Below, piece after piece: positions 1-10,100 of a stretch of DNA of 64,000 nt. The translations under genes and the position numbers were made by a program. Each line of letters starts with the position of its first letter. Positions within the stretch are counted from its first letter, which is position 1. Source of the stretch: an uncultured Bacteroidota bacterium. Lineage in GTDB: Bacteria > Bacteroidota > Bacteroidia > Flavobacteriales > Flavobacteriaceae. The DNA is taken from the NCBI GenBank assembly GCA_902622575.1, contig CACNQJ010000001.1, positions 10,896 to 74,895 of the forward strand, in the 5' to 3' direction. The notes under the pieces are model-generated. The model saw only the letters and a program-made list of their open reading frames with translations. It had not been told where the DNA came from and made no database searches.

Positions 1-734
1 ATTTGAAAATAAGCAATTTCGCTCCAACATTTACTTATATTAGGAATTAAGTTACCCTCCTGAATTTGTTGATGATATATGTCAAAAAGAATCTTGCATG
101 ATGGTGAGTCGACTGATTTACATATTTCGAAAGCTTGTGGACTTTCGGTAAGAAATAGTCCAGGATGATTCAAAAAATTTAAGGGTTCTAAAACCATAAC
201 CAGCCCATGTGGTTCAAGTATTTCACTTGCATATTTTAATGAGTCAACAACATTTACTGTCTGATAAGATAAATCCAATCGTAAATCTTTATATCCGGGG
301 ACAACGGTCATCCATTTCGCATTAATTCTTTTTGCAACTTCAACAGATTCTTTTATTTCATTTAAAAATTCTTCTCTTTTTTTTGAATCACCGCTTGCAA
401 GATTTGGTTCCTTCCAATGAATAGTGTGAGCAACAAAAACACCCATCTCAATTCCTCTTTTTTGCATAGTCTTAGACATTTTATTTTGTACATCAATCGT
501 CCTTTTTTTTAAATTGTTGTCTTCAAAAGCTGTAAAACCCTCATCAGCAATATAATTTAATTGATCAATTAGGTCACTTCCAGCTAAATTTTTGAACATA
601 CCAAAATGTGGAGCATATTTCAAATTGAATTTATTTCTTGGTTGAAAATTGTCAATTAGATTAGAACCTAAATTCGGAATAAATAAAGCTGATGAGCCTA
701 AACCTAAATTGTTTAAAAAATCTCTTCTTAACAC
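1..734 (-). CDS. Sugar phosphate isomerase/epimerase (xylose-isomerase-like TIM barrel) with Tat signal; its 3' end runs off the window
   Basis: Absent from the ORF track because it has no stop in the window. My reverse-strand translation from GTG at 734-732 gives VLRRDFLNNLGLGSSALF (twin-Arg leader), then KYAPHFGMFKNLAG, IADEGFTAFEDN, AKWMTVVPG, MVLEPLN and ILFDIYHQQIQEGN. These are typical of the hydroxypyruvate-isomerase-like TIM-barrel family. Confidence 0.7.
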   Translation of the reverse strand, partial: MLRRDFLNNLGLGSSALFIPNLGSNLIDNFQPRNKFNLKYAPHFGMFKNLAGSDLIDQLNYIADEGFTAFEDNNLKKRTIDVQNKMSKTMQKRGIEMGVFVAHTIHWKEPNLASGDSKKREEFLNEIKESVEVAKRINAKWMTVVPGYKDLRLDLSYQTVNVVDSLKYASEILEPHGLVMVLEPLNFLNHPGLFLTESPQAFEICKSVDSPSCKILFDIYHQQIQEGNLIPNISKCWSEIAYFQ

Positions 735-753
735 AACATTAAATTAAGAATAA

Positions 754-1719
754 TTATTTAATCCAATATTTGTTTTGTTCCTCTATTGAGGGTGTTTTAA
801 ATGGTCTTACTACCCTGAAACCTAGGAACTGCGCATCTGTGTGCCACCATAGGCTTCTAGGAATTTGAGGATCTTGCTTTTTCCACTTTTTGTTCGAAGC
901 AAGTCTTGCAGAGCTGCGTAATCTATAGGATCTGTCCATAAATGAACCACCTCTTGCAACCCTTGGATACAACTTTATTGCAGTTTCCAAAGGGTTTTTC
1001 ACAACAGAATCTAACCTATTGTAAGCGGTAGGATTGTACTGATCTAATGTCCATTCTGAGACATTGCCATGCATATCATGTAATCCCCACTGATTTGGTT
1101 TTTTTTGTCCAACTTTTTGATATTTACCATTACTGTTTTCATCGTACCATGCATATTCAGATATTAGATTCTCGTCTTCAAAACTAAATGGTGTATCAGA
1201 CCCTGCTCTGCAAGCATATTCCCATTCAGCTTCAGTAGGTAGCCTATAATAATTTCCAGTCATCGCAGAAAGCCATTCACAAAACTTAGATGCTGCTAAT
1301 TGAGTCATTGAAATAGCAGGATATCCATCTGTTCCCATACCAAAACTCATTTCGACATAAGGAGTTGTTGCACTACTAACTGCGTCAACTTGCATATTTA
1401 TTTCATTGCTCTCATTGTAGCCTACTTGATCTTCATCAATTTCTCTACCCATAAATAAATGATATAAATCCCATGTAATTTCAAATTTACCTATCCAAAA
1501 AGAATCAACTTTAACAGTATTAACTGGACCTTCATCAGCCATTCTGTTTGCTTCATGATTTGGACTACCCATATTAAAAACACCACCATTTATTGAAACC
1601 ATTTCCAAACCATAGTCTATGCCTGCAATTTTTTGATTGTAATTGGTAAAATCTTTTTCTTGAGAAAAGTTAAAACAGCTTAAAAATAAAAACAAAGCAA
1701 TTATAATGTGCAACCTCAT
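754..1719 (-). CDS. FGE-fold (SUMF1/EgtB/PvdO-family) lipoprotein lacking the FGE catalytic cysteines
   Basis: 321-aa ORF with a lipoprotein-like leader (LFLFLSCFNF). FGE-sulfatase domain motifs are RLPTEAEWEYACRAG, HDMHGNVSEWT and RGGSF. After RGGSF it reads MDRSYRLRSSAR with no Cys, unlike the paralog at 8947. Confidence 0.8.
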   Translation of the reverse strand: MRLHIIIALFLFLSCFNFSQEKDFTNYNQKIAGIDYGLEMVSINGGVFNMGSPNHEANRMADEGPVNTVKVDSFWIGKFEITWDLYHLFMGREIDEDQVGYNESNEINMQVDAVSSATTPYVEMSFGMGTDGYPAISMTQLAASKFCEWLSAMTGNYYRLPTEAEWEYACRAGSDTPFSFEDENLISEYAWYDENSNGKYQKVGQKKPNQWGLHDMHGNVSEWTLDQYNPTAYNRLDSVVKNPLETAIKLYPRVARGGSFMDRSYRLRSSARLASNKKWKKQDPQIPRSLWWHTDAQFLGFRVVRPFKTPSIEEQNKYWIK

Positions 1720-1734
1720 AGTGATTTTAAAATT

Positions 1735-3204
1735 TTAGGCTAAAAGATCATGCTTAATGTCTCCATGAACATCAGTTAGCCTAAATCTTCTACCTTGATA
1801 TTTATATGTCATTTTTTCATGATTAATACCAAATAGATGAAGAATCGTAGCTTGTAGGTCATGAACGTGGACTGGATCCTTAACAATGTTATATCCAAGA
1901 TCATCAGTTTCACCATATGAAAATCCTGGCTTAACCCCACCACCTGCCATAAATATTGTGAAGCATCTTGGATGGTGGTCTCTTCCGTAAGTATTATTTT
2001 TTAATGCAGCTTGTGATCCCTGGCTGTACGATGTTCGACCAAATTCACCTCCCCACACAACAAGTGTATCTTCTAATAATCCCCTTTGTTTTAGATCCAT
2101 AATCAAGGCGGCAGTTGGTTGGTCAATATCACTAGCTTGTCCTCTAATTTGAGTTGGTAAATTTTCATGTTGATCCCAACCCATGTGATAAAGCTGAACA
2201 AACCTTACGTCTTTCTCAATTAATTTTCTTGCCAGAATACAATTTGCTGCATATGTCCCAGGTTTTTTAGAATTTGGACCATACATCTTTAGAATGTTAT
2301 CAGGTTCATCAGAGATATCCATTGTTTCAGGTACAGATGTTTGCATTCTGTATGCCATCTCATACTGTGATATTCTACTTTCTATTTCTTTATCTCCAAA
2401 CATATTTAACTGTTCTTCATTTAGCTCCGACAGATAATCAAGCATTTTTCTTCTCTCTTGCCTGGTCAGATTTTCAGGGTCTTTTAAAAACAAAACAGGG
2501 TCTTTTGCAGATCTAAATTGAACACCTTGATGTAATGAACTCAAAAACCCGTTACCCCAAAGTCTTGAATAGAGAGGTTGACCTTTGGGCCTTCCAGTAC
2601 CTCTAGACAACAATACAACAAATGATGGTAAGTTTTTATTTAGACTACCTAACCCATAACTTAACCAAGAACCCATGCTTGGTCGTCCAGGTTGTTGAGA
2701 TCCTGTTTGAAAAAATGTAACAGCAGGGTCATGATTTATTGCCTCAGTATTCATCGACTTTACAAAGCACAGCTCATCAACAACTTTACTTAAATATGGT
2801 AATAGGTCACTTACCCAAGCTCTTGATTCACCATATTGTTTAAAATTCGTTACGCCACCAACCAAAGAAAACTTATCTTGACCTGACGTCATTCCAGTAA
2901 GTCTTTGCCCCATTCTAACAGATTCAGGTAAATCAATTCCCCTCATTTCCATTAGTTTTGGTTTATAGTCAAAAAGATCTTGTTGTGCTGGTCCACCACT
3001 TTGGAATAGATAGATAATTCTCTTTGCTTTAGGTGCAAAATGAGGAAGATTCAATTGGTTTTTGATTACTGAAAATGGATCTTCTTTTGAGTTATCAAAA
3101 GGATTAACAATTGATCCTAAAGCTAAACCGCCAATACAAAGGCCAGTTTTTTTCAGAAAATTTCGCCTGTTGTTATTAATAAAATGTTTATGTATCTCTT
3201 CCAT
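1735..3204 (-). CDS. DUF1501 family protein (sulfatase/alkaline-phosphatase-like fold), Tat-exported
   Basis: 489 aa with twin-Arg leader NNNRRNFLKKTGLCIGGLALG. DUF1501 hallmarks are LFQSGGPAQQDLFDYKP, WGGEFGRT and GRDHHP. Its ATG shares one nt with the upstream stop (TGATG at 3206-3202). Confidence 0.85.
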   Translation of the reverse strand: MEEIHKHFINNNRRNFLKKTGLCIGGLALGSIVNPFDNSKEDPFSVIKNQLNLPHFAPKAKRIIYLFQSGGPAQQDLFDYKPKLMEMRGIDLPESVRMGQRLTGMTSGQDKFSLVGGVTNFKQYGESRAWVSDLLPYLSKVVDELCFVKSMNTEAINHDPAVTFFQTGSQQPGRPSMGSWLSYGLGSLNKNLPSFVVLLSRGTGRPKGQPLYSRLWGNGFLSSLHQGVQFRSAKDPVLFLKDPENLTRQERRKMLDYLSELNEEQLNMFGDKEIESRISQYEMAYRMQTSVPETMDISDEPDNILKMYGPNSKKPGTYAANCILARKLIEKDVRFVQLYHMGWDQHENLPTQIRGQASDIDQPTAALIMDLKQRGLLEDTLVVWGGEFGRTSYSQGSQAALKNNTYGRDHHPRCFTIFMAGGGVKPGFSYGETDDLGYNIVKDPVHVHDLQATILHLFGINHEKMTYKYQGRRFRLTDVHGDIKHDLLA

Positions 3205-5480
3205 CAGCTTTTTTGACTAGTCTCATCTAAGTTATAAATTAACATACAAAGTTTATCAAATGCCACAGATTCTTCATTTAATGAATTTTCATCATCAAAA
3301 TAATTTTTAAGCATCTTAATCTCATTTTTGTTCGGAACCCGTCCAGTAATTGTTCTGTATAGCAGATTTATTTTTTCATTTAGTGATAATTTCTTTGTAA
3401 AAATATTTCGAGATAAGCTCAATGCAGCTTTTTGAAATTCTGGATTATTCATAAGCGTTAATGATTGTAAAGGAGTACTAGTGTTTTGCCTCTTAACCTC
3501 ACAATTATCCCTAGATGCTGCATCGAAAATCATCATTGTTGGGGGTGGAACAGTTCTTTTCCAAAAAGTATATAAACTCCTTCTATACAAATTTTCTCCA
3601 CTGCTCATAACATATTTTGCTAAACTTCCCCCGCCACCACCTGTTACTTCATCCCAGAGGCCATCCGGTTGCAATGGCTTTACACTAGGACCACCTAATT
3701 TATTGACCAGTAATCCACTTGTCTTAAGTATATTATCCCTTATCATTTCTGCTGATAATTTTTGTCTGGGATACCTTGATAAAAAAACATTTTCTGGATC
3801 AATATTGTAATTTAAATCACTAGTGATACTGGATTGTCTATATGTAGAGGACATAACGATTCTTTTGATTAGTTTTTTAGTATCCCATTTATCATCTTTT
3901 TGATAGGTTACTGCTAACCAATCCAGTAAGTCAGGATTTATTGGTCGGTTTCCCTGACTACCAAAATCATCAGGTGTAGCTACTATTCCAACCCCAAAAA
4001 ATTGTTGCCAAATTCTGTTAACTACTACTCTTGATGTTAAGGGATTTTCGTCAGAAAAGAACCAGTTAGCCAAATCTAATCTATTGCCATTTTCTTTGTC
4101 CAATGGCAGAACTGCAGATGGAGTCATTGGTTTAACTTCATTCATTTGCAAATTATAGAGACCTCTATTCAAAACGTAGGTTTTTCGTAAGTTTTCAGTC
4201 TCTTTCATAACCATGAAAGTAACTTTATCAATGCTGTCTGGAAGTTTTATAAAATCTAGCCCTTCATTTAATTCATTTTTAGAAACCGTAATTTTTGGTT
4301 CAGGTGCGAAGTCACCATAAGCAATCAAACCTTTTTCATTCACATTATTAAAGAAACTATAAAAACCATAAAATTCATCATGAGTAATATTATCATATTT
4401 GTGACTATGACATCGGGCGCATTCCATAGTTAGTCCCATCATTAATTTTGAAGTTGTTATTGCTCTATCAGCAACATACTCAACTCTGTATTCTTCTGGG
4501 ATAACTCCACCCTCTTGAGTTATTTTATGATTTCTATTAAACCCAGTTGCGATTATTTGTTCTTTAGTTGCATTAGGAATTAAATCTCCAGCCAATTGCC
4601 AAGTAATAAACTCATCATAGGGAATATTTTTATTATATGCATGTATTACCCAATCTCTCCACGGCCACATAGTTCTTTCTGTATCATCTTGATAACCATG
4701 ACTATCACCATACCTCGCAATATCCATCCATATTGATGCCATCCTCTCACCATAGTTTTTGGAAGCAAGAAGTTCATCAACAACTTTCTCATATGCATTC
4801 TTTGATTTATCATTTATAAATTTATCAATTTCATCAACTGAGGGAGGTAATCCTACAATATCAAAATACAATCTTCTAAGTAGAATTTCTTTTGATTCCA
4901 TTTTTGAAAATTCTAATTTTTGATTTTCAATATTTTTAGCGATAAAAAAATCTATTTCATTTTTGATCCATTCAATGTTTTCAATTTTTGGTGTTTCTGG
5001 TTTTACTGGCTTTATGAAAGACCAGTGTTTTTTCCACTCTGCACCTTGCAATATCCAATTTTTTAGAATATTCTTTTCATAGTCAGATAAACTCAAATTA
5101 GATTCGGGGGGTGGCATCACGATAGATTTATTTTCATGAAAAATTCTTCTAATCATTTCACTTTCCTCTAAATTATCAACATCTATAACTCTTTTAATGA
5201 GATCCTCAGTCATTTGATAAAGCCCCTCTTTTGTATCGAGTCTTAAATTAGCTTTTCTTTGTTTGTCATCGGGACCATGGCAGGTAAAACATTTATCAGA
5301 AAGGATTGGGTTAACATGAAAATTAAAATCAATCTTTTCAGGCACATTAGATATATTGATAACTTCAAAATCTGCATTTGAATTTTCAATATACTCATCA
5401 CTGAAATTGTCAGAACTATAATATTTTAATAGAAGTATTAAAATAAATGGAACTAAAAAGAAAGCTGCATTTTTTTTCAT
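3204..5480 (-). CDS. Planctomycete-type cytochrome c domain / DUF1549 / DUF1553 protein
   Basis: 758 aa with an N-terminal signal/anchor and the haem-binding CxxCH motif in CFTCHGPDDKQRKANLRLD. DUF1549-like (RRLYFDIVGLPPSVDEID) and DUF1553-like (CARCHSHKYD, RVVVNRIWQQFFG) segments follow. This is the classic partner of DUF1501. Confidence 0.85.
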   Translation of the reverse strand: MKKNAAFFLVPFILILLLKYYSSDNFSDEYIENSNADFEVINISNVPEKIDFNFHVNPILSDKCFTCHGPDDKQRKANLRLDTKEGLYQMTEDLIKRVIDVDNLEESEMIRRIFHENKSIVMPPPESNLSLSDYEKNILKNWILQGAEWKKHWSFIKPVKPETPKIENIEWIKNEIDFFIAKNIENQKLEFSKMESKEILLRRLYFDIVGLPPSVDEIDKFINDKSKNAYEKVVDELLASKNYGERMASIWMDIARYGDSHGYQDDTERTMWPWRDWVIHAYNKNIPYDEFITWQLAGDLIPNATKEQIIATGFNRNHKITQEGGVIPEEYRVEYVADRAITTSKLMMGLTMECARCHSHKYDNITHDEFYGFYSFFNNVNEKGLIAYGDFAPEPKITVSKNELNEGLDFIKLPDSIDKVTFMVMKETENLRKTYVLNRGLYNLQMNEVKPMTPSAVLPLDKENGNRLDLANWFFSDENPLTSRVVVNRIWQQFFGVGIVATPDDFGSQGNRPINPDLLDWLAVTYQKDDKWDTKKLIKRIVMSSTYRQSSITSDLNYNIDPENVFLSRYPRQKLSAEMIRDNILKTSGLLVNKLGGPSVKPLQPDGLWDEVTGGGGGSLAKYVMSSGENLYRRSLYTFWKRTVPPPTMMIFDAASRDNCEVKRQNTSTPLQSLTLMNNPEFQKAALSLSRNIFTKKLSLNEKINLLYRTITGRVPNKNEIKMLKNYFDDENSLNEESVAFDKLCMLIYNLDETSQKS

Positions 5481-5507
5481 ATTACACCATAACTAATTTA
5501 AAAAAAA

Positions 5508-6233
5508 TTAGCTATTTGTGTCTAGAAGAGGTAAGATGACTGACTCCATTACCTTATATCCATCTTTATTTGGATGAACTAAATCATCTTCTGTGGTGTG
5601 TTCCGGAACTTTTAGACCTCCGTTGCCATCATCCATCTTAGCATGATAATCGACATATTGGATATTATTCTTTAAACAGTAATCCTGCAATAAAGAATTT
5701 AGCTTAATAACTTTCTCAGCAACATTTTTAATTGAAGGTGACCAGGGAAATGCTTTGGCAGGTAAAACAGAACAAATAAATACATCAATATTATTTGCTT
5801 TAGCTATTTCACTCATTGAAAATATATTTTCAGCAATATTTTTAATTTTCATTGGACCAGTATTTCCCGCAATATCATTTATACCAGCTAGAATTACAAC
5901 AGACTTAGGCTTGAGGTTTACAACATCTGGCTTGAATCTAATTAGCATTTGAGGCGTGGTTTGGCCACTAATTCCTCTGTTTATAAAGGGATTATTGATA
6001 AAAAAATCTGGATCAAAGTTTGACCATCCCTCAGTTATTGAGTTACCCATAAAAACAACCCTACTTTTATCAACTTCTTTCATCAATTTTTCATTTGATT
6101 CTGCAAATTTAGATATGTTAGCCCAATCATCAAGTGTGCCTCCTCCTTGGATAAAAACTTGGTTACTCATATTTTCTGTTTTACATCCTAAAAAATTAAA
6201 AGATATAATTAATAGTATTAAATATTTATTCAT
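5508..6233 (-). CDS. SGNH/GDSL-family hydrolase (acetylesterase-like) lipoprotein
   Basis: 241 aa with leader ...FNFLGC. The SGNH blocks are VVFMGNSITEGW (I), GISGQTT (II), LAGINDI (III) and DLVHPN (V). Confidence 0.8.
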   Translation of the reverse strand: MNKYLILLIISFNFLGCKTENMSNQVFIQGGGTLDDWANISKFAESNEKLMKEVDKSRVVFMGNSITEGWSNFDPDFFINNPFINRGISGQTTPQMLIRFKPDVVNLKPKSVVILAGINDIAGNTGPMKIKNIAENIFSMSEIAKANNIDVFICSVLPAKAFPWSPSIKNVAEKVIKLNSLLQDYCLKNNIQYVDYHAKMDDGNGGLKVPEHTTEDDLVHPNKDGYKVMESVILPLLDTNS

Positions 6234-6990
6234 TTGTCTTAGTTTTTGAGTGAATCCATTCTAAAAAATCCTTTTCAGCAAAAGCGTTATCCCAACTATT
6301 ATGACCAATATTTTCATATATAGTAATTTTTGGGTTCCCACCAGCATCTAGGATGGCATTGGCCATTTTTAGAGACTGTTTGGCAAGAACAACTTGATCT
6401 GCAGAACCATGAAAAATCCATATAGCTACCTTATTTGCAAAGTTCTTAACTGAACCTGGATCTCCATCTCCGCAAATTGGGGTAGCAGCTGCAAACATAT
6501 TTGGTCTTGCATTTAATATAGAGAATGTTCCAAGCCCACCCATAGATAATCCACTAACATAAACTCTATTTTGATCGACATCTTTCCTTTGAATAAATTC
6601 ATCCATGAATTTGATTACCAGTTCTAGTGATTTGGATCTTTTAACATTGTAATCATACTTGTATGGGTCATAGTAGCCACCCCACCAATCGTTTTTTGGT
6701 GATTGAGGAAATATAACCCATGATTTATATTTATTTCTATTAATACTGTCTAGAAATAAGTTAGATCCGTGAATAAGTTGTAATTCATTATCATTTCCTC
6801 TTTCACCGGCACCATGTAAAAAAAGATGAACAGGATATTTTTCATTTTCATTATAATTGAGGGGTGCTAGTATTCTGTATTTTAGTGTATCATTTTCAAT
6901 TATAAATTTTTCTTTTTCAAACAGGCTTGTTTGAGCACTAATTAAAAGTGGAATTAAGAGTAAAAGTAATCTGCTATAAATCATCATCAC
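6226..6990 (-). CDS. Secreted alpha/beta-hydrolase esterase (phospholipase/carboxylesterase-like)
   Basis: 254 aa with a signal peptide. It has [13 protein letters not shown], the nucleophile elbow [15 protein letters not shown] and a terminal GHNSW. It overlaps its neighbours by 8 and 17 nt. Confidence 0.7.
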   Translation of the reverse strand: MMMIYSRLLLLLIPLLISAQTSLFEKEKFIIENDTLKYRILAPLNYNENEKYPVHLFLHGAGERGNDNELQLIHGSNLFLDSINRNKYKSWVIFPQSPKNDWWGGYYDPYKYDYNVKRSKSLELVIKFMDEFIQRKDVDQNRVYVSGLSMGGLGTFSILNARPNMFAAATPICGDGDPGSVKNFANKVAIWIFHGSADQVVLAKQSLKMANAILDAGGNPKITIYENIGHNSWDNAFAEKDFLEWIHSKTKTNE

Positions 6991-8650
6991 TTGGTAATCT
7001 TATATTTTCAACAAGTTGAACAATTTTTTTGGGTGGTGGTGGTGTGAAATTTGACACTGTAATCGAAACAATTAAATTAATGACCATTGCAATAGTTCCA
7101 AATCCCTCTGGTGAAACACCAAACCACCAATCATCAGGACCTCCTCCTCCAAACCATCCAAATTTGAACTTCGTCATATAAAAAAGCATTGATAAAATCC
7201 CTATGAGCATACCTGAAATAGCACCTTCTTTATTCATTTTCTTATAAAAAATTCCTAATACAATTGCAGGAAAAAATGAAGCTGCTGCAAGACCAAAAGC
7301 TAATGCTACAGTAGCCGCGACAAAGTCAGGGGGATTAATTCCAAAGTATCCAGCTAGTATGACAGCAAAGAATGCTGATACCCGAGCAGCAATCAATTCT
7401 CCTTTATCTGTAATTTCAGGATTGATAATTCTTTTAATTAGGTCGTGAGAAATTGATGAGGATATCACTAGTAAAAGTCCTGCCGCGGTGGATAATGCAG
7501 CTGCTATGGCTCCTGCAGCTAAAAGTGCAATAACCCAGTTAGGTAATTGAGCAATTTCAGGATTTGCCAAAACCATAATATCCTTATCAATTGTTAATTC
7601 GTTTAATTGTTCATCACCAAGATATTGAATTATGTTGTCCTGATTTTTATCATCAAACTCTAAAAGGCCAGTGTCTTCCCATTTTTTAAACCAGTAAGGC
7701 ATTGTTGAGTAGTCTTTTTCAGATACTGTCTCTATTAAATTTGTTCTTGCAAAAACTGCAATAGCTGGAGCTGTAGTATAAAGTATAGCTATAAATAGCA
7801 GAGCCCAGCCAGCAGATTTTCTTGCATCGCTAACTTTTTTTACAGTAAAAAATCTGACTATTACATGTGGAAGCCCTGCTGTTCCAATCATTAATGCGGC
7901 TGTAATTAGAAAAACATCTAGAGTAGATTTAGATCCTGAGGTGTATTCACTGAAACCTAACTCATCGTGAAGACCATTTAATTTATCTAATAAATAAACT
8001 CCATCCGCTGACTCAGAACCAAAACCAAGTTGTGGAATTGGATTGCCAGTCATTTGTATTGAAATAAAAATTGCAGGAACCATAAATGCAAAAATCAATA
8101 CGCAGTACTGAGCAACTTGTGTATAAGTAATGCCTTTCATTCCACCAAGAATTGCGTAAAAAAGAACTATTCCCATCCCAATAAAAACACCTGAATTTAT
8201 ATCAACTTCTAAGTATCTTGAAAATACAATTCCTACGCCTCTCATTTGTCCAGCGATATAAGTAAAAGATACAATAAGGGCACAAAAAACTGCAACGGTT
8301 CTTGCAACATTTGAGTAGTAGCGATCACCAATAAAATCAGGGACTGTAAATTTTCCGAATTTTCTTAAGTATGGAGCTAATAGTAGAGCCAATAAAACAT
8401 ATCCACCTGTCCAACCCATTAAATAAACTGAACCATCGTATCCAATAAAGGATATGATTCCTGCCATAGAGATGAATGATGCGGCACTCATCCAGTCCGC
8501 AGCGGTAGCCATACCATTTGCTATTGGATTAACACCCTTTCCGGCTATGTAAAATTCATTAGTAGAACCTGCCTTTGACCAAATTGCGATTCCTATATAT
8601 AATGCAAAAGTCAAACCTACAATTATCCAAATCCAAATTTGTAATGACAT
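6974..8650 (-). CDS. Sodium:solute symporter, ActP-like subfamily that pairs with DUF4212
   Basis: 558 aa and polytopic, with SSS-family segments ([42 protein letters not shown]). It lies directly downstream of a DUF4212 small subunit. Confidence 0.85.
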   Translation of the reverse strand: MSLQIWIWIIVGLTFALYIGIAIWSKAGSTNEFYIAGKGVNPIANGMATAADWMSAASFISMAGIISFIGYDGSVYLMGWTGGYVLLALLLAPYLRKFGKFTVPDFIGDRYYSNVARTVAVFCALIVSFTYIAGQMRGVGIVFSRYLEVDINSGVFIGMGIVLFYAILGGMKGITYTQVAQYCVLIFAFMVPAIFISIQMTGNPIPQLGFGSESADGVYLLDKLNGLHDELGFSEYTSGSKSTLDVFLITAALMIGTAGLPHVIVRFFTVKKVSDARKSAGWALLFIAILYTTAPAIAVFARTNLIETVSEKDYSTMPYWFKKWEDTGLLEFDDKNQDNIIQYLGDEQLNELTIDKDIMVLANPEIAQLPNWVIALLAAGAIAAALSTAAGLLLVISSSISHDLIKRIINPEITDKGELIAARVSAFFAVILAGYFGINPPDFVAATVALAFGLAAASFFPAIVLGIFYKKMNKEGAISGMLIGILSMLFYMTKFKFGWFGGGGPDDWWFGVSPEGFGTIAMVINLIVSITVSNFTPPPPKKIVQLVENIRLPSDDDL

Positions 8651-8655
8651 TATGA

Positions 8656-8910
8656 TTAATTTTTAGACCTATAAAATTTATCAAGCCTGTTCATCAAAAA
8701 AATGTAAACAAAAATTAAAATAACAAAGATGTAAATAGAACCTTGTTGAGCAAACCAAAATCCAAGTTTAAAACCAAAGAATTGGATTTCATTTAACTGC
8801 TCAGCTAATATTATTCCAAAACCAAATGAAACTAAAAACCAAATTGATAAAAGGATGGTTAAGTATCTAAGATTTTTTTTCCAGTAAATTTGAGCTTTAT
8901 TGTTTTTCAT
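8656..8910 (-). CDS. DUF4212 small membrane subunit of the solute:sodium symporter
   Basis: 84 aa with two TM helices, including [22 protein letters not shown]. It sits 5 nt upstream of the symporter. Confidence 0.8.
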   Translation of the reverse strand: MKNNKAQIYWKKNLRYLTILLSIWFLVSFGFGIILAEQLNEIQFFGFKLGFWFAQQGSIYIFVILIFVYIFLMNRLDKFYRSKN

Positions 8911-8946
8911 GCTTGATGTGTGTAATTTAGTGATTATTTATTTTAA

Positions 8947-9987
8947 TTGAAAGTGAATATATCCAATTGCACATTACAATTTTTTTTAGTTTTTTTCTCA
9001 TTGCTTGTCATTGGATGTGATAGTGTTACCAACATAAAAAAATCAAATAACATTGTGAAAGATGGTATGGTTTTTATTGAGGGTGGCAAATTTATGATGG
9101 GAGGAGATAATGATGAAGCTAGGAGTGATGAGTTTCCAAAACATAGCGTAGAGGTAAGTTCTTTTTGGATGGATGAAAGCGAAGTTACCAATGCTCAATT
9201 TAAAAAATTTGTTGATGAAACAGGTTATGTTACAACCGCTGAAAGAAAAATTAATTGGGATGAAATTAAATCAGTATTACCACCTGGTACACCAAAACCT
9301 AATGATACTTTACTTGAACCCGCATCTTTAGTTTTTAAAGAAATCGAAACTAAAAATCTTGACAACTATTCCAAATGGTGGTCTTTAGTCAGAAATGCAA
9401 ATTGGAGACAACCATTTGGACCCGACAGTGATATTATTGGAAAAGACGATTATCCTGTAGTTCACGTTAGCTGGGAAGACGCAGTTGCGTATTGTGATTG
9501 GTCAGGTAAAAGATTACCCACTGAGGCTGAGTTTGAATATGCATCAAGAGGCGGTAAACTTAATAATATATACAGCTGGGGAAATGAAAAAATTGATGAA
9601 GTTGAATATAAAGCTAACAGTTGGAATGGAAACTTTCCGAGCACGAATACAGTTTTAGATAAATTCTATTACTCTTCACCTGTTAAATCATTCTCACCAA
9701 ATGGCTATGGGCTATTTGATATTGGTGGTAATGTTTGGGAGTGGTGTTCTGACTGGTACCACTCGGAATATTATTCAATGTTACCAAAAAAAGGATCTTT
9801 AAATCCACAGGGACCAAAAACAAGCTATGACCCAATGGAACCATACAGTGAAAAAAAAGTGATTAGGGGAGGCAGTTTTTTATGTAACGATTCATATTGC
9901 AGCGGATACAGGAATGCAGCAAGAATGAAAACAACTCCAGACTCAAGCTCATTACACACAGGATTTCGCACAGTCTATTCAGATTAA
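8947..9987 (+). CDS. Formylglycine-generating enzyme (sulfatase maturase), lipoprotein
   Basis: 346 aa with leader ...LLVIGCDS. Motifs are RLPTEAEFEYASRGG and GNVWEWCSDWY. RGGSFLCNDSYCSGYR retains both catalytic Cys codons (tgt 9883-9885, tgc 9898-9900). The start is non-ATG (TTG 8947 or GTG 8953). Confidence 0.85.
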   Translation: MKVNISNCTLQFFLVFFSLLVIGCDSVTNIKKSNNIVKDGMVFIEGGKFMMGGDNDEARSDEFPKHSVEVSSFWMDESEVTNAQFKKFVDETGYVTTAERKINWDEIKSVLPPGTPKPNDTLLEPASLVFKEIETKNLDNYSKWWSLVRNANWRQPFGPDSDIIGKDDYPVVHVSWEDAVAYCDWSGKRLPTEAEFEYASRGGKLNNIYSWGNEKIDEVEYKANSWNGNFPSTNTVLDKFYYSSPVKSFSPNGYGLFDIGGNVWEWCSDWYHSEYYSMLPKKGSLNPQGPKTSYDPMEPYSEKKVIRGGSFLCNDSYCSGYRNAARMKTTPDSSSLHTGFRTVYSD

Positions 9988-9992
9988 AAACT

Positions 9993-10027
9993 AAATGCCC
10001 AAATCTTTTGAGATGATTTGGGCATTT
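9993..10027. terminator. Bidirectional hairpin terminator between convergent genes
   Basis: aaatgcccaaatc (9993-10005), a 9-nt loop, then gatttgggcattt (10015-10027), flanked by A/T runs. Confidence 0.6.
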
Positions 10028-10100
10028 AAAAACAACAACTAACCAAAAAATATTATGTATTCTTTTTTGTATAAAACATTAACCATGCCAAACTTTATAA

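Noticed and set aside
8943-9191. An 82-aa minus-strand ORF across the divergent region and the start of the FGE gene.
   Set aside because: It is antisense to the FGE N-terminus, has no recognisable motif, and would leave no promoter space for either flanking operon.
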